Origin: Eledone cirrhosa
Taxonomy: Eukaryota
Assembly: GCA_964016885.1 (NCBI GenBank)
Contig: OZ024740.1
Coordinates: 94,178,001-94,242,000 of the forward strand
Direction of reading: 5' to 3'
Length of the DNA stretch: 64,000 bases
Below are positions 26,035 through 39,500 of the stretch, piece after piece. Position 1 is the first letter of the stretch, and every line of letters starts with the position of its first letter. The translations under genes and the position numbers were made by a program. The notes under the pieces are model-generated. The model was not told where the DNA came from and searched no databases. It was given only the letters and a program-made list of their open reading frames with translations.

Positions 26035-26868
26035 CTCACCAATGATCTCGTTAAAAAACCTCTCCCTCCGCATATATCGTTTGTCCGCTAATGAGCAGAT
26101 ATTTCGACGAACATGCGCCTCATTACAACCAGGCCCTCAAGCGGAGCGGCTTCCTGGAGGAAATATCCTTTTATCCATCTTCCCTTAGCCGAACCAGCAG
26201 GCGACACCGCCGCTAACGCAACGTTATGTGGTTCAATCCTCCCCATAATGCCGAGGGGGCAACACCAATCGAAAAAATCTTCTTTAGGCTCCTCGAAAAA
26301 CAGTTCCCGCTACAACACCGCTACATAATCAACAAAAACACCATCAAACTCTCCTACCGCACCACACCAAATTCGCGTAAAACATCGTATCCTCAAACAA
26401 CAAAAAGGTCAACCCCTATTGAAGAAGGTGTAACTGCCTTGATAGGTATACGTGCCCCCTCAACAACAAATGCCGAGAACGTAACGTGATCTACCAGTGC
26501 AACGTTAGGACGGACACCTTCAACAAAGCTTATATATGATTAACCGCGTGTGACTTTAAGACACATCTCTACCAACACCGACACACTTTCCGAAACCCGG
26601 TCCGGCGACATGCCACTACACGTTCTGGCCACATCTGGGACCTCCAAGATAATAAAATAATCTAAAATCTCACTTGGAGCTTACTGTCCAGAGCTAACTC
26701 TTACACGGGAGGACGCCGTCCGTGTAACTTATGCTGGGAGGAAACATTACAAATGCTGTTTTCGAAGGACCAACTCCTAAGCGAGAAAGACGAACTGGTA
26801 ACCGCATAGAAATACGGATTGCGTAGGACTTACGTCGATCTCAAACCCCATAATGACCCGGGTGGGTA
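26035..26868 (+). pseudogene. Naiad-type PLE RT thumb + CxCx5C linker + GIY-YIG, decayed
   Basis: YNQALKRSGF..VMWFNPP..NKNTIKLSY..CNCLDRYTCPLNNKC..VIYQC..AYI*LT..FK..HIWDL..PCNLCWEE; homologous to 55100-55925. Confidence 0.9.
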
Positions 26869-27550
26869 GACAAGGGCTGCTACCCCCCCACACCCACCCT
26901 TGCCGAATATGTTAGGGGAAACCCCAGCTTACATAGGTAGATGCATCTCTTTTCTTTTCCTCTATGACTACTTCTTCCCCATATCTCATCCTGTCACTTC
27001 CTTTCACCCCCAATTTTCTTCCTCGTCTTCTTTTCCCCTTTCGCCTACCCCGATGCAGCCCATCGGGCCTCTGTAGCATCAGTTCTCCCACCCCTGTAAT
27101 TTTAAGATAGAATTGGCCGAATACGTTTTACTAACCACTTATAGCAGATGTGTTAGACCCCTTTAGTTTTGTGACTACTCCATGTCTACAATTGTTTTCT
27201 AATCTCAACTTATTAACCTGTAATTGTAAGATATTATTGCGATTTTTTTAATTCATTTCTCACTATCTAATTATATATATATTTTTTTATTTCTTTCTAT
27301 TATCTTTTATTATCTCCTACTCACATTCGAATTAACTATTCTATAACCTCCCTCTTCCATTTCATAAACTATCATTAGAATTTGCTGTATACATATCACT
27401 TTCAACGCTTGACCGGCTCCACTCACCCCCCCATTGTACTACAATCAAGTTCAGTCACCCCTACCTCCCACCAAATGCCATGATAGAGTTATTTGTGTTT
27501 ACAACAAATTTTAACCAATTCTCTTGACAACTACAATCTTCCCATATAAG

Positions 27551-27660
27551 GAAGTACCACCTTGACAATTTCGGGTATTTATGCACCAGGCTAAACATTC
27601 TAATTTAGTCCAGAAATAGACGTCGAAACGGCTTGAGCTCTGCCGTCAGGGTCATACTTT
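27551..27660 (+). ncRNA. hammerhead ribozyme motif with long stems II and III (decayed)
   Basis: Reconciled with the mirror copy at 25490-25585: gtacccc-tTGACAA-ggtcggctattt..aaatagccgtc-GAAA-CGGC-ttgagctct-GCCG-TC-agggtcatac. Confidence 0.65.
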
Positions 27661-27738
27661 TTCCTATTTCCCACTCTACTACCCTAGGTATCGAGTACTC
27701 TGGTGCGTTATGGTCCATCTGGTTCCTTACCACAATTC

Positions 27739-27833
<95 letters not shown>

Positions 27834-28008
27834 TATATGTCAATTTACAAAATAAAAGGAAATAATGAACACAAATATCTGAAGAGTTGCCGAAACAAGC
27901 CGGTCTCCATCATGTTGACTGTACTCTGAACTGGTCGGTATTGAACAAAATGTATATGCCTATAAATCTGTACACATGGTGCAACACACTGACATTGATT
28001 CTACTTAA

Positions 28009-28090
<82 letters not shown>

Positions 28091-28115
28091 ACTCTCTCTC
28101 TCTCGTGTATATATA

Positions 28116-28146
28116 CTAGCTGGGCTACTAGGTGATACCCGGGTAT
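28116..28146 (-). other. additional Helitron-type 3' terminus
   Basis: Minus strand tacccgggtatcacctagtagcccagCTAG|T: decayed hairpin plus CTAG followed by T. Confidence 0.6.
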
Positions 28147-28993
28147 TTTATGAAAGTTACACATTACAAAATATTTGACCATTCAAATATGATTGCTGAA
28201 TTTTAACCGAAGCAGGAATTATAGCAGAATATTTATTGCCGTTTTGTCAAAGTAAATCATCTACATAAAAAATATTAGTAGTTTCCAGTGGTGATATTTT
28301 GAATACTGCTCCCTATTACAGTCAGCATATATAATGCTTTACTCATAGATGAATCATTAGGTATGTTGTCAGGGTATGATGAAAGAAATACATTTAGATA
28401 TTTTTTTATTTATCTTTTCCTTTCTTTTTTTTTTTCGCTCAATCTGAACCTCTGAAATTCAAACAACATGTAAAAACTATTTTAAAAACCATAAATAAAA
28501 TAATAAAATAAATTTAGCAATGGTTTATGATTATATGAAGCATTTACTTACTCATTTTTGTAATTCGGGGAAAGTGTATTTAAAGTTGTACACTGTAGTT
28601 TTCACAAATCTTTGCCTCTATGGCAGTAGGATCTTGTTTGAGTGAGATTGGTTTCTATTTCTATTAGCTATACGAACAGTTATAGTGGCTCACATGACAT
28701 ACATAGATACATACACACACATGTATGTGTGTAGACAGTTGTTTGTGATTTGAAATGGATTTTGCTAATATTTCTAGTAGATTCAGTTATCACATAGAAC
28801 CATTCATTTTTGGTTCATACATATATACATACCTGAGAAATTAAGGTGGGCTTTGAAGGAAATGTGGCTGTTATTTCTACCCAACAAATCCTCACTTATA
28901 CTACTTTATATAGCAGAGGTATCCGGGAATGCCTGCATATTCTTCCAAAGTAACAGCATGCAGTAAATTTGCGGCTTCAGAATTCCTTGCAAA

Positions 28994-31900
28994 CTACATG
29001 ACTAAGGAATTGGGATATGTCTGTATTGTCATTGAATGAGGAATTACGACATTACTCATTCCAAAGCCTCTGGATAAGCAACATTGTGGTACCACAATGA
29101 AGAAACAATCAGGGTTACCGACCCTTGTTGTGCCAACATAGAGTTGACCATGCGAAAAGACAGGATCTGCCAGATTCAACCCAGTGACTTTCAATGATTG
29201 TCCTTGAGATTTATTAATGATCATGGCAAAACTGAGCCTGATCGGAAATTGAAATCTGTGAAATTCAAATGGCAAATCAGTTGGCTTCAGAGGTATTCTG
29301 AGAATGAAACAATTGTCACCAGAAAATTTTCCTCACATGATTGCAACTTCTAGAACATTGGACATCATATTTTTGATGATTAGTCTTGTGCCATTACAAA
29401 GTTTTGGAGGATCCAGATTGCGAAGTAGCATAACCGATGCTCCAGGCTTCAGTAGCAGGTTGTGTGGAGGCAATCCCACTTGTTCAAGACTGTTCAAAAC
29501 TTCAGTTGGATAGTTTACAACCAGATCATCAGAAGTGATTGTGTCAACTGATTTGTAGCTTATATTATCTCCCGGTAACATCTCTAGCCGCAGTTGATTT
29601 CTTTCACAGCAACATTTTTAGGTGCTAATATTGCTCCTTCACAGAGCCATTTCGGATCACATTGCCAGGTCTGAATCTTTGGAAACACTCTGGCAATCAG
29701 TTCTTGTTCTGTGTCAAGGATATGGGCAAATGACAACCGAATATGGTCATTGGAGTCCTTTTCAAGAAGTCCATTTCCCAATTTAGGTAGTTTTATGGCA
29801 AACTCACTGACACCTTCGTAACCAGTTAAGTGCACTCGCATGTTGGCTGTAAGGCTCAGCAGCTGAAAGTTGAGCCAGAGATAGGTTGTTTTCAGACAGG
29901 CATTAGCCTGCTAAGCTCGAGTCCCTCGAATAATTACAGGCATAGTTTTGTCTGAAATCACCAGCAAGAACTATTGTCACTCCTCCCATTATGCAACCAT
30001 TTTCTCTCAGATCCCTTATCGTCCGATCCAAAGCTTCGATTGCTCCTTTATGGTTTATAGTAACTTCATCCCAAATTATGATCTTGCATGTTTTCAGAAG
30101 CTTGCCCTTGGGTGAGTTCTTCTTGATGTTGCAAAAAGATTGCTCATGCCGTGTGAGATCTATGGGCAGCTTAAACATGTAATGTTCAGTTCTTCCTCTA
30201 TCCAGAAGTGCTGCTGGAATGACACTTGAGGCCACAGCAAGGGCAATATGTTGCTTTTGGGGAACCTTTGCAAGCAGGAGGTTTATGAGGAATGTCTTGC
30301 CTGTGCCAGCAGGAGCATCGATGACGAAAAGTCCTCCCCTCTCATTTCGAATGTTTTCAATGATGTTGCGGTAGGCGTATTTCTGGTCATCCACCAATCG
30401 AGGTTCATTTTCACCCACAAACTTACGCAAGGCTGGAATATCGTAGTTTATCTCCTGAAAAATGTATTGTGCTACCTCTATTTCTTCATCTAGATCTGGC
30501 ATCCCGCAGTTAGCTAATGTGCTATGCATTGCCTTAACTCGATGGGACAGGTCACAGAGAGCTTGATTGTAAATCCTGGGGGTATATTCCATATACATAT
30601 TGCCATAAATATTGTCTTCGGGCTAGGTCTAGATTGTCGTCCGACATATTGTTTTTATACTCCTGCCGGAGTAGATGAGCTTCATCAATTCCACATGCTG
30701 GGAGCATATGGCAAATAGTTGTCTTACTTGGCTGGCTACTTGAGTGATTGCTGCTTCTTTTAGACACTTCTTCCAGTGTCCATTGTCATGCAGGAGCCCA
30801 TGCTGTTTACATGCTTATTGGTGTGTTGGGCACTCCCGTCGTCTGAATCATATAATATCCTCAAATTACGTTGGTCCTCGAACAGTATCCAGAAGTAGCC
30901 GTAAATAAAAACATTCTCTGTTGTTGGGCTGGACATTGTAAACACGCCCAATAGCATCACTTGACTTGACTTCATGACTTTCCACTAAATTACTCTGCTT
31001 TCTTCGATTCCAGGTCTTGCAATTGCTCCAGGTGTAGTATGTTGGGACTTCAGCATATAGGAGGGATCGAGCAAATTCATCATTCTGGCACAGTTTAAAG
31101 AAAGCAGTTAGTGTAGTGTCATATGTTGCTTGTGCCAACTCATAAGCAGTGATCACACTGAAGTACACTCTCTGTCCATTTCCCAGATGGACTGCGAGAT
31201 TCACCACTGTTGGGTGGCGTTGGTGGATATCAAATCCAAAGTTTCGCCAGATCGCCTCATTGCTGGAGATGTATCGTCCTGTTTGATACCATTTGACATC
31301 ATCCAACTCACCATCCTTGAGTTCTTTGTCAGTAATAAAGGTAGCCATGTCACTGCCTTGTTGATATATGTTGTGACATATAGGATTGCCTTGATGGAGC
31401 CTCAATACTCAACATTGATATGAGCTTTTAAAAGATTACACAACAATTTGTTGTGTGGGACGACCCACTGATTGTTTATGGTCAGCTCCTCTCCTAGAAC
31501 TGTTAGGCTTGCAGTATCGCCATTATTGTTAGCCGAGTTTCCTGAATAAGAGCTCTAGGATAATGTTTGCTGCATTATTGATCTTTCATGCAGGGAGAGG
31601 CTGGATTGATGACTCCACATGGACCATGAATGAGTTTGGACTTGATGGTTTCAAAGAGCTCTGGATCACCACCTTTATCAGACAACTCTGCTGAAATGTT
31701 CTTATCAACATAATCTGGTCTTATCTTCTCCTTATACCAGATTAGTGTGTGAGAGAGAGAGGAAGACCTCTCTTCTGCCACTCAATAGTGGTCATCCAAG
31801 CACTAAGTTCACCAAATATTCTTCCTTCTTTTAGGAGCCAGATGACTTTTTTCTTTTGCATTTCATGGAAATCTCGAGCAATGAGGTCATGTCGATCCTT

Positions 31901-34900
31901 TGGTTTTTGATTTTGAAATAATTCATTTGATATTTCTTTTCAATTTGAATTGCTTTTAAATGTAATGAAGAGATCTGGCCGACCACATTTTCTGACATAG
32001 GCCATTGCATCTTGTGTTCGTGGTCCTCCCGTGAAGCTTGATGGTAGTATGACTGGCTGGCCCATATTTCTTGGGTCAACATCAGAATTGATGGTATCTC
32101 TAATGTGGATGTAGTCATCTGCCTTCAACTTAGTTTGATTCCTTCGCAGAAAACCCAATCTTTCTGTTTCAATTTTGGCATACATGTCCACCATGAACTG
32201 GCTGGTTTCTTTTTTGAATCGCAGAACTTAGTTGAAGTGGTCACGTACCATGAAATGATAAGCATACAATTCTTTGCAGGTGATTTATCGGCCAGTTCCT
32301 TGTCCCGTTCCGGGCCTGATATGCCGTAGCTTAAAATGATATCCATCTTGAACCTTCCAAAAGATATGCGGATATTGGAGTGAATTATAGGCTCTATGCT
32401 TTTCACAAATTCGCTCCAAATGTCCACTTTGTTTTTGCAAAACAATGTCACGTCGTTCATGCTGTTCATCAACCATTATGATTGCAACTTCATCAGTGAG
32501 AGGTGCATTGAATCTGCGTTCATGTTCTGAATCTGGGCTTATTTCTGCCCTAATGATGATTTTACGATCTCTGGTGTTGTTCATATTCTCCAGTACATAT
32601 TTGAACTAGACATGAACAATGCGCAAGCTCAAAAGAGACACAGAATGTTATAATAAACCTTCAAAAGTGTAGGACTAGAGTTGTTACTAAAAAATATTGT
32701 AATCATTATCTATCGTACATTCTGTGGCATCCTTTATAAAGATATCACAATAAATACATCTATGTTTTATGTAATAACTGCTATAAATAATTACGTATTA
32801 TTATTATCATATACTCATACTAACAAAATAATTCTGTTGAAAATTAATATGATGATTATATGAACGATCAAATCTATAATGATAATGTTATAAATATACT
32901 AATATTAAAATAATTTAGTTATATATTGTTACATTTTCATCGAACTATAACATTAACAATCGTATTGTATCACCAACTTTTTATCACTGCAAACTTTCAT
33001 ATTGGAATTACCTTAAGCCATTTATCATTACTTCGCTTACGTACTTTGACAGATGTAGATATTCTGCTGTATCTTATATCTAATATCATGATCTCATGGT
33101 AATTTGCATGCAGTGAAATAGTGCAAAAAGAAAGGCATGGTTGGTTTAAGCTAATGTCAAATATCTCATATTAGATGTTTAGTAATGATTAATACGAAAT
33201 GCACTTAAACCAAACTCTATATTATAAATTCACTTAATTAATTATCGTGTCGTCTTGAGTTCCTTATGCGTCTCTGATATATAAAAAGATGCCACATATT
33301 TTATAAAAAAGAGACTATGAGTATATGATAATAATATTACGTAATTATTTATAGCTGTTATTACATTAAACATAGATGTATTTATTGTGATATATATATT
33401 ATAAAGGATGCCACAGATGGTACGATAGATAATGATTACAATATTTTTGAGTAACAACTCTAGTCCCACACTTTTGAAGGTTTATTGTAACATTCTGTGG
33501 CTTTTTTTAGCTTGCGCATGTTTCATATCTGGTTTAATATTTTTTTAAGGCAACGCTTGTAATAACTATAGTTAAACATGATATATATTAATAATTACTT
33601 ATCGTTGTAATGTAATTAGATTATATAATTGTTATTATAAATGATCTTATAAATATTTGTGTAAGATGTATAAAAATATTTTCAGACTTTTAATATAAAC
33701 AACAACAAAAAACAATCAATATTAAATCAATATATTATACATAATAGAAACATTAAAAAAATAAACAATATAAACATAAAATATTTACATACAATAGCAA
33801 TTATCAGTCTATATAAATTTTCTTTATTCACTGAGCAAATTAATGAGATATATTACATTTGTTTTACAAAATAGTTAATATCAATTTAAAAAAATCGTAT
33901 GAAGATATAACAAAAATAGATGAACTAGGAAGACAAACAAAATAAAAGGTGGATGCTTTTGAGCAAAACTTACTCTGATTGGTTGAAAATTAGCCAATGG
34001 CATGTAATCACCACGGCCACCGCAAAACCTTGATAAACACATTGACGATCTACACATATATGTTAGAACACTAAAAGTGACTAAAACATTATGTTGTTAG
34101 TCGCTTCGTTTTTAACAGATACACTGACATACATGTGATGTTGGTGAATCATTTCTTGTAACTTTATGACTATGTAGAACTGCAATCCACAATGGACATT
34201 GGTACATCTTTGTTGCGCCTGAGTTTTATTTCCACCCTTGAAGTAAACCTGCACAGATGTCTGAGGCTCATGTAAAAGTAGCAGAAGGCCACCCATTAAG
34301 TGGTAACACTGTCCCTGAATGTTATAAGTTGTACAGAATCTAAAGTCAATCAGACCCAAAAGATGTCATTTGAAAGGCAGAATTATATGTTATGATGTAT
34401 TTATTGAAGTGTCGGGCCTCTGGTGTATGCTGAAGGAGTATATCAGGAGATTATTGTATTGTTTTAAGGCTCACTTTGCCTTTTGAGCAGCATAGACTTG
34501 GTGTTTCTGCTACCTACTTCTTGGCACCACAATACTGGCAGCATTTGTTCATTTTCCCAATGTTGATTTGTGGATTACTGCTGTAGTCCTTTTGGGGATC
34601 ATAAGAAAAAAGCACCCACCAGCCAGGTCATTTTACTTGTGGCTTGTTCTCCTGCTCGGACAGTAAAAACGATGTGCTTGATTAACATTGGTCTGATTTG
34701 CTGATCTTCCTTAATTTGTTGTTCTCTTATAGCAGCAGTCTTTTGTTCCCTTTCATCCAAATGGTGTGCTCGTGCTAAAGCTGTTTGGGCTCTGTTAGCA
34801 GCTAGACGGGCATGACGAAGATCTTCACTTTCTTCAGATCGCTGTGTTTTCTTTCTCTTAGCCTCTGAAGATGACCTTCCATATAATGATCTGGAACATT

Positions 34901-34910
34901 TTCTAGGCAT
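28994..34910 (-). pseudogene. Helitron Rep (HUH/Y2)-PIF1 helicase, many stops/frameshifts, split by an insertion
   Basis: MPRKCSRS..; YNSAFQMTSFG; IQGQCYHLMG; HERRFNAP; ILPSSFTGGPR; GRPDLFITF; EWQKRGLPLSHTLIW; IHGPCG; RYISSNEAIWR; DAPAGTGKTFL; IIWDE; LAGDFRQ; LCNGTRL; INKSQGQS; FSHGQLYV. Confidence 0.95.
32606..34119 (-). mobile_element. non-autonomous Helitron-type insertion nested in the Helitron B ORF
   Basis: Begins A|TC at 34119 and ends CTAG|T at 32606, no TSD; removal restores in-frame HMYVSV-FKYVLENMN; internal ~215-bp inverted repeat 32606-32820 / 33316-33532. Confidence 0.8.
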
Positions 34911-34934
34911 TTGAAGTAATATTATTACACACCA

Positions 34935-35193
34935 AAAATTGGCAGTATCGGTAGAGGGTCGGACGCCATGCTTTCCAGCATAGTTACGTCCCTTTACGAT
35001 CTGTGTTCAAATCCCGCCGAGGTTGACTTTGCCTTTCATCCTTACGGGGTGATACAATAAAGTACCAGTAATGCATTGGGTAATTGCTGGCATTGTGCCT
35101 AAAGTAGAAACAATTATTACTCACCACACGATAACATAAAGTACCAGTTATGCACTGGAATAATTGCTGGCCTTGTGACAAAAGTAGAAAATA
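34935..35193 (+). mobile_element. tRNA-derived SINE with duplicated tail
   Basis: tggcagtatcggtag A-box-like, gttcaaatcc B box, gactttgcctttcatcc body; flanking direct repeat attattacacacca at 34921-34934 and 35194-35207. Confidence 0.85.
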
Positions 35194-36512
35194 ATTATTA
35201 CACACCACACTCTTTCCTAAGTAGAAAAACATGTAGAATGTATTGTTCACTTAGTAAAGTTGTTTTAAATGATCTCTTTACATCAATGTATATTAGGTGT
35301 AATTAATTTTAGACATATGTAGGAAATAATGAGATTTCAGATTGTATAAAAAAAAGGACAAACATTAAAAAAATATATATTTTCTGTGTTAATTCAAATA
35401 AGAGCGGAAAATAATATATTCAAATAATATCTTTTAAAAGTACCGTTTTTTTTTTGTCTCTTAAAAACATACATATATACAACTTCTATAAAAGCATCTG
35501 TGATTTCTTTAGACATATTGAGATAATAAGCTTTGTTGGTAACATATATCGTCTGCTAAAGAACGCCCCCCCCCCCCGCCATTACACACATATGTGTGTG
35601 TAAATATATACATAAACGCGGACACACGTTAGTTAAAGAATCCCTCCAATTACCCTCCCTCCCTCCTGCCTCTTGACTTTTTTTCTCTCCCATCTTTTCT
35701 CTTTTCTTATTGTCTTTTTCTCCCCATCCTCCTCACTCCCTTTCTCTTTCTCATCTCAGTCTCTTTCTCTCTCCCATCATCTACACACTAGCAAACAAAA
35801 AATAAATAAAAAATAAATAACATTAGGAGAGTTAAGAAGTGTGTAAAAATAATATATCAATAAAAGTTAATGAACGCTTGCTACTTTCCCTCTCTCTTTC
35901 CCATGCCATTACTCTCTCTCGCTCTCTTTTTCTCTCTCACCCCCCCCCTCTCTACGGAATAGAGAACGAAAATAAAGAAAAGATAAATAACGTTATGGAA
36001 GCGGGAGAGTTAAAAAATGTCTAAAAAGTGTATAAATAAAAGTTAAGAACATTTGTTACTTTCCCTCTCTCTCTCTTTCATCGTCTTTCTCTCTCATCCC
36101 CTTACTCTATTTATTTCTCTCTCACATCATCTTACTCTCTCTCTCCCATCTCCCACTCTCGCTCTCTCGTCCCTTACTCTCTTTCTCTCTCACATCCTCT
36201 TACTCTCTCTCTCCCATCTGCTACTCTCTCTCTTTCTCTCTCATCCCTTACTCTCTCTCTTCCCATCCCTCACTCTCTTATATATAGACTGGAGAACATA
36301 AAAAAAACAAAATGGATGATCACTTTTGATATTCATTAGAAAATAAGATAAATTGAATTGAAATGAATTCCTTGCTTTGAAAAGTAACATTTTTTCGACC
36401 GTTACCTGTCCGAGTGTATAGCTAATATGTACATGTAAGTTTGAGGAGTTTGGTCCGGTAGTTTGCTAGTTTTAGGCGGACACACATAATCTTAAACTTG
36501 CATTTATATATA

Positions 36513-39500
36513 CTGGCTGACGTACCCAGCTTCGCCCGGGTAAACAGATGATAAGAGAAGACAGGTAATAGAGAAAATGAGTGTATTCGATGTTTGTCTG
36601 GTTACAGTATGAGGCGAGTCCGTGGTGTCTGTGTGATACCAAAAACAGTAAAAAGAATCTTCCAGATATACCAAATTCTCCGTTGTACCGTTTGTGCATA
36701 GTATATGAACAATTCTAGGTGCTCCCACCTAGAATAGTGACCTCTAGGAGATGGTTTATCTACTGCCTGACTGTAAAACGTATATCATTGCATAGACGTG
36801 CTTGTTCCACGTTTCTCAGAAGGATGATGGAAGTTCCAATCTGTTATATTATATGTAGATACAGATAGAGATAATTAATATGAAAGATGTCCGTCAATGT
36901 AAAAAAGGTCCCTATTTACTTGAAATGGTTTATACAAATGCCAAATTAATATGGATATGGATAACATGCTTATCTATAAGTGGTCAGCTATAATAATAAC
37001 ACAACAAATTATATGACACAAAAATGTATTCAGTAATTTCCAGGCTCTTAGCCACTGTGTAATAGACAGTCAATATTGCCCAGAGTTCAACTCGGGGAGG
37101 TGGCCTGGTTTGAACTCCAAATGGCGGATCCTTCTACTTTGAAAATAGAATCGTTTCTCAATATTACTCTAGCCCTGGCCGGCCATAGGCACCAAACTTT
37201 TGCCAGACTCAGCATATGATGAGGTTTTATTACCACTGCAATCAGAAGCGATACACTTGAAGGCACTTTCTACCAATACTTGTCGGTTTTTATTGCTCAT
37301 CGATAATAAATGACATTGAACATAAATGATAACTCTGTCAAAGCTCACAATATTGATGAAAGGACACCAAAGTTCGAATCATTTAAGTAGCTTATTGATA
37401 GTATAAAATATATGCATACATCAGCTCAAAGCTTCATTATGGACAATATTCAGGGTTGTTCCTCTGTTAGTGGTATCGATTGCAAATGTTATACCATCAG
37501 GATCGCACACTCGAGATGCAGCAACATACAGTTGCCCATGGGTGATTGCTGGATCATTCAAATAGACACCGCCTCGCTTGAAAGTCTGTCTCTGTGCCTT
37601 GTTGACAGTCATGGAGAAGGCCAAATTGACGATAAACTGTCTCCTTTGCCAAATGAATGGCAGCAGATCTTCACTTGGCCTCAGCATGATCCTCGGAATG
37701 AGAACCGATTCCTCTTTGCCTGGGAGTTTAGCTTCTAAAACTCTTCCGTTAATCAATCTCTCAACAATCAATCTAGTACCATTGCAAAGACCCATTTTAT
37801 GATTGATATTTCTAAGCAATATAATCGGCATACCCTTTTTCAACCTCAAAATATGTGGGTGAAATCCGAGTATTTGAAGTGAATTCAGATACTCAGTCGG
37901 TACATCCATATTGTTCTGCTGATAAGGCTCCATTGCATCCGCACTGACGGTCAACCCTTCCTCTCCAGGAAACATTCCAGCTACTTGCGAATTTATTTCA
38001 TTGACCGTTGCATTCGTATGAGTTAGAATAACGCGTTCCGATATCCAGCAGATATTCTGCCAAAAAGCATTCAAATTAGGGAACACCCAGTCAATGAATG
38101 CTTGGCGGTCCAGTGGCATGACCAAATGGTCTGGGATTCTTACAGTCTGATTATCACCAACGTCTGGAAATTCCTCGTTTCCCAACAGCAGCAACCATCG
38201 GCCGCATATCTCAGCCCCTTCGTTTTGCCCGAACATACGAAGTCGCATATTATCGTGTAATCGCAAAGCTCTGAAAAGGCGCCACAACGGTGATTTTTTC
38301 AGACATGCATCGACAATTTGCGCTCTTTGAGCATTCCTAACAATTGGTAGAACCTGTCTGAAATCGCCACCAAGAACGATAGTCTTACCACCGAATGGCA
38401 GGTCACTACCGCAGATATCTGTCAAAGTTCTGTCCAATGCCTCCAGCAAATATTTGTGTGCCATTGGACCCTCGTCCCAAATAATCGGAGACGTATTGCG
38501 TATAAGGCCCGTGAGTTCACTTTGTCCTGTAATGTTACAGACACTCAACTCATCCGGAGCCAATGGAGCCTTGAATCATGAGTGGAAGGTCCTTCCACCA
38601 CTCAGCACAGTGGCAGCTATCCCTTGGTGGCCATAGGGAGAGCAATCGTCCTCTAAGCTCTGACTGCCGATAACATAGTGTTGAAACAGAATGTCTTTCC
38701 GGTGCCTCCTGGAGCATCTATGAAAACACAAAGTTGCTCATTAGTGGAAATTGAGTGGAGAACGCCATCGACCCATTCTCTCTGAGATTGGGTCAACATT
38801 GGCATACGTTCATCCACAATACGTTGCTGTTCCAGTGGATGAAACTGGAAGAGTTCCCTCCGATCGAGTAGGCACCGTGTAAGCTGCAATCTCATGTCTA
38901 AGACACGTTGCCGCATTTCTTTATCAGGAATTGGCAAATTGAAATCTATTAAACATTTGAAATGAACTTCAAGCATTTGCTCATCATCGACCTGAAGGTG
39001 ATGCCTAAAATCATCAGCCATAATTTCCAATGGCGTTCAAATAACTCTCTTGGATCGGCAGGATTGCAGAATCCTATGATCGTGACAAAACACTGCCTTA
39101 CTTGAGCTGGCATCTGTCTTGTTCCTGCAGCTTCCATGGCGTTATTCCATTCAGCGTCATCTTGAAGGAGTCCCATATGCTGACACACAGCCTGTTATGT
39201 ATCATATTCCACGCCATTGATTGTTTTCAAATCAGCGAAGATCTGTTTACCTCTTATGCTTGAACCAGTCAGTCAATTCGGTCTTAGGAGGTGGTGCGTT
39301 AGCAATTCATTCGACATCTCTTCTAGTGTCCTGAAAACAGACCATTTGCCTATGCTCTAAGTGAACCGTCAGTTTCTGAACGCTGGGTTTGCGTTCATTG
39401 AGATGAAAATCGAACAATCTCCAGCAAGCTTCGCTAGATCCAACGAGCGAACGTCTTGGGAGTTGCCAACTGCATCTCCTTGGTTCGCTTACTCATTCCT

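Larger units (their letters stand above)
25200..27745 (+). mobile_element. 5'-truncated Naiad-type PLE with inverted pseudo-LTR
   Basis: 25490-25871 is the reverse complement of ~27264-27645 and 25201-25296 of ~27643-27742; coding remnant between; both ends abut (TA)n. Confidence 0.85.
28910..36512 (-). mobile_element. decayed near full-length Helitron (Helitron B)
   Basis: RepHel remnants 28994-34910; 3' end gcaggcattcccgg-atacctctgCTAT at ~28910; 5'-type sequence TATATAAATGCAAG..TGTGTGTCCG..AACTACCGGACC up to 36512. Confidence 0.8.

Noticed and set aside
37421-38563. 380-aa PIF1-like ORF as a host PIF1 gene
   Set aside because: Contiguous with broken Helitron Rep fragments and a Helitron 3' terminus; Walker A lies in a separate frame.
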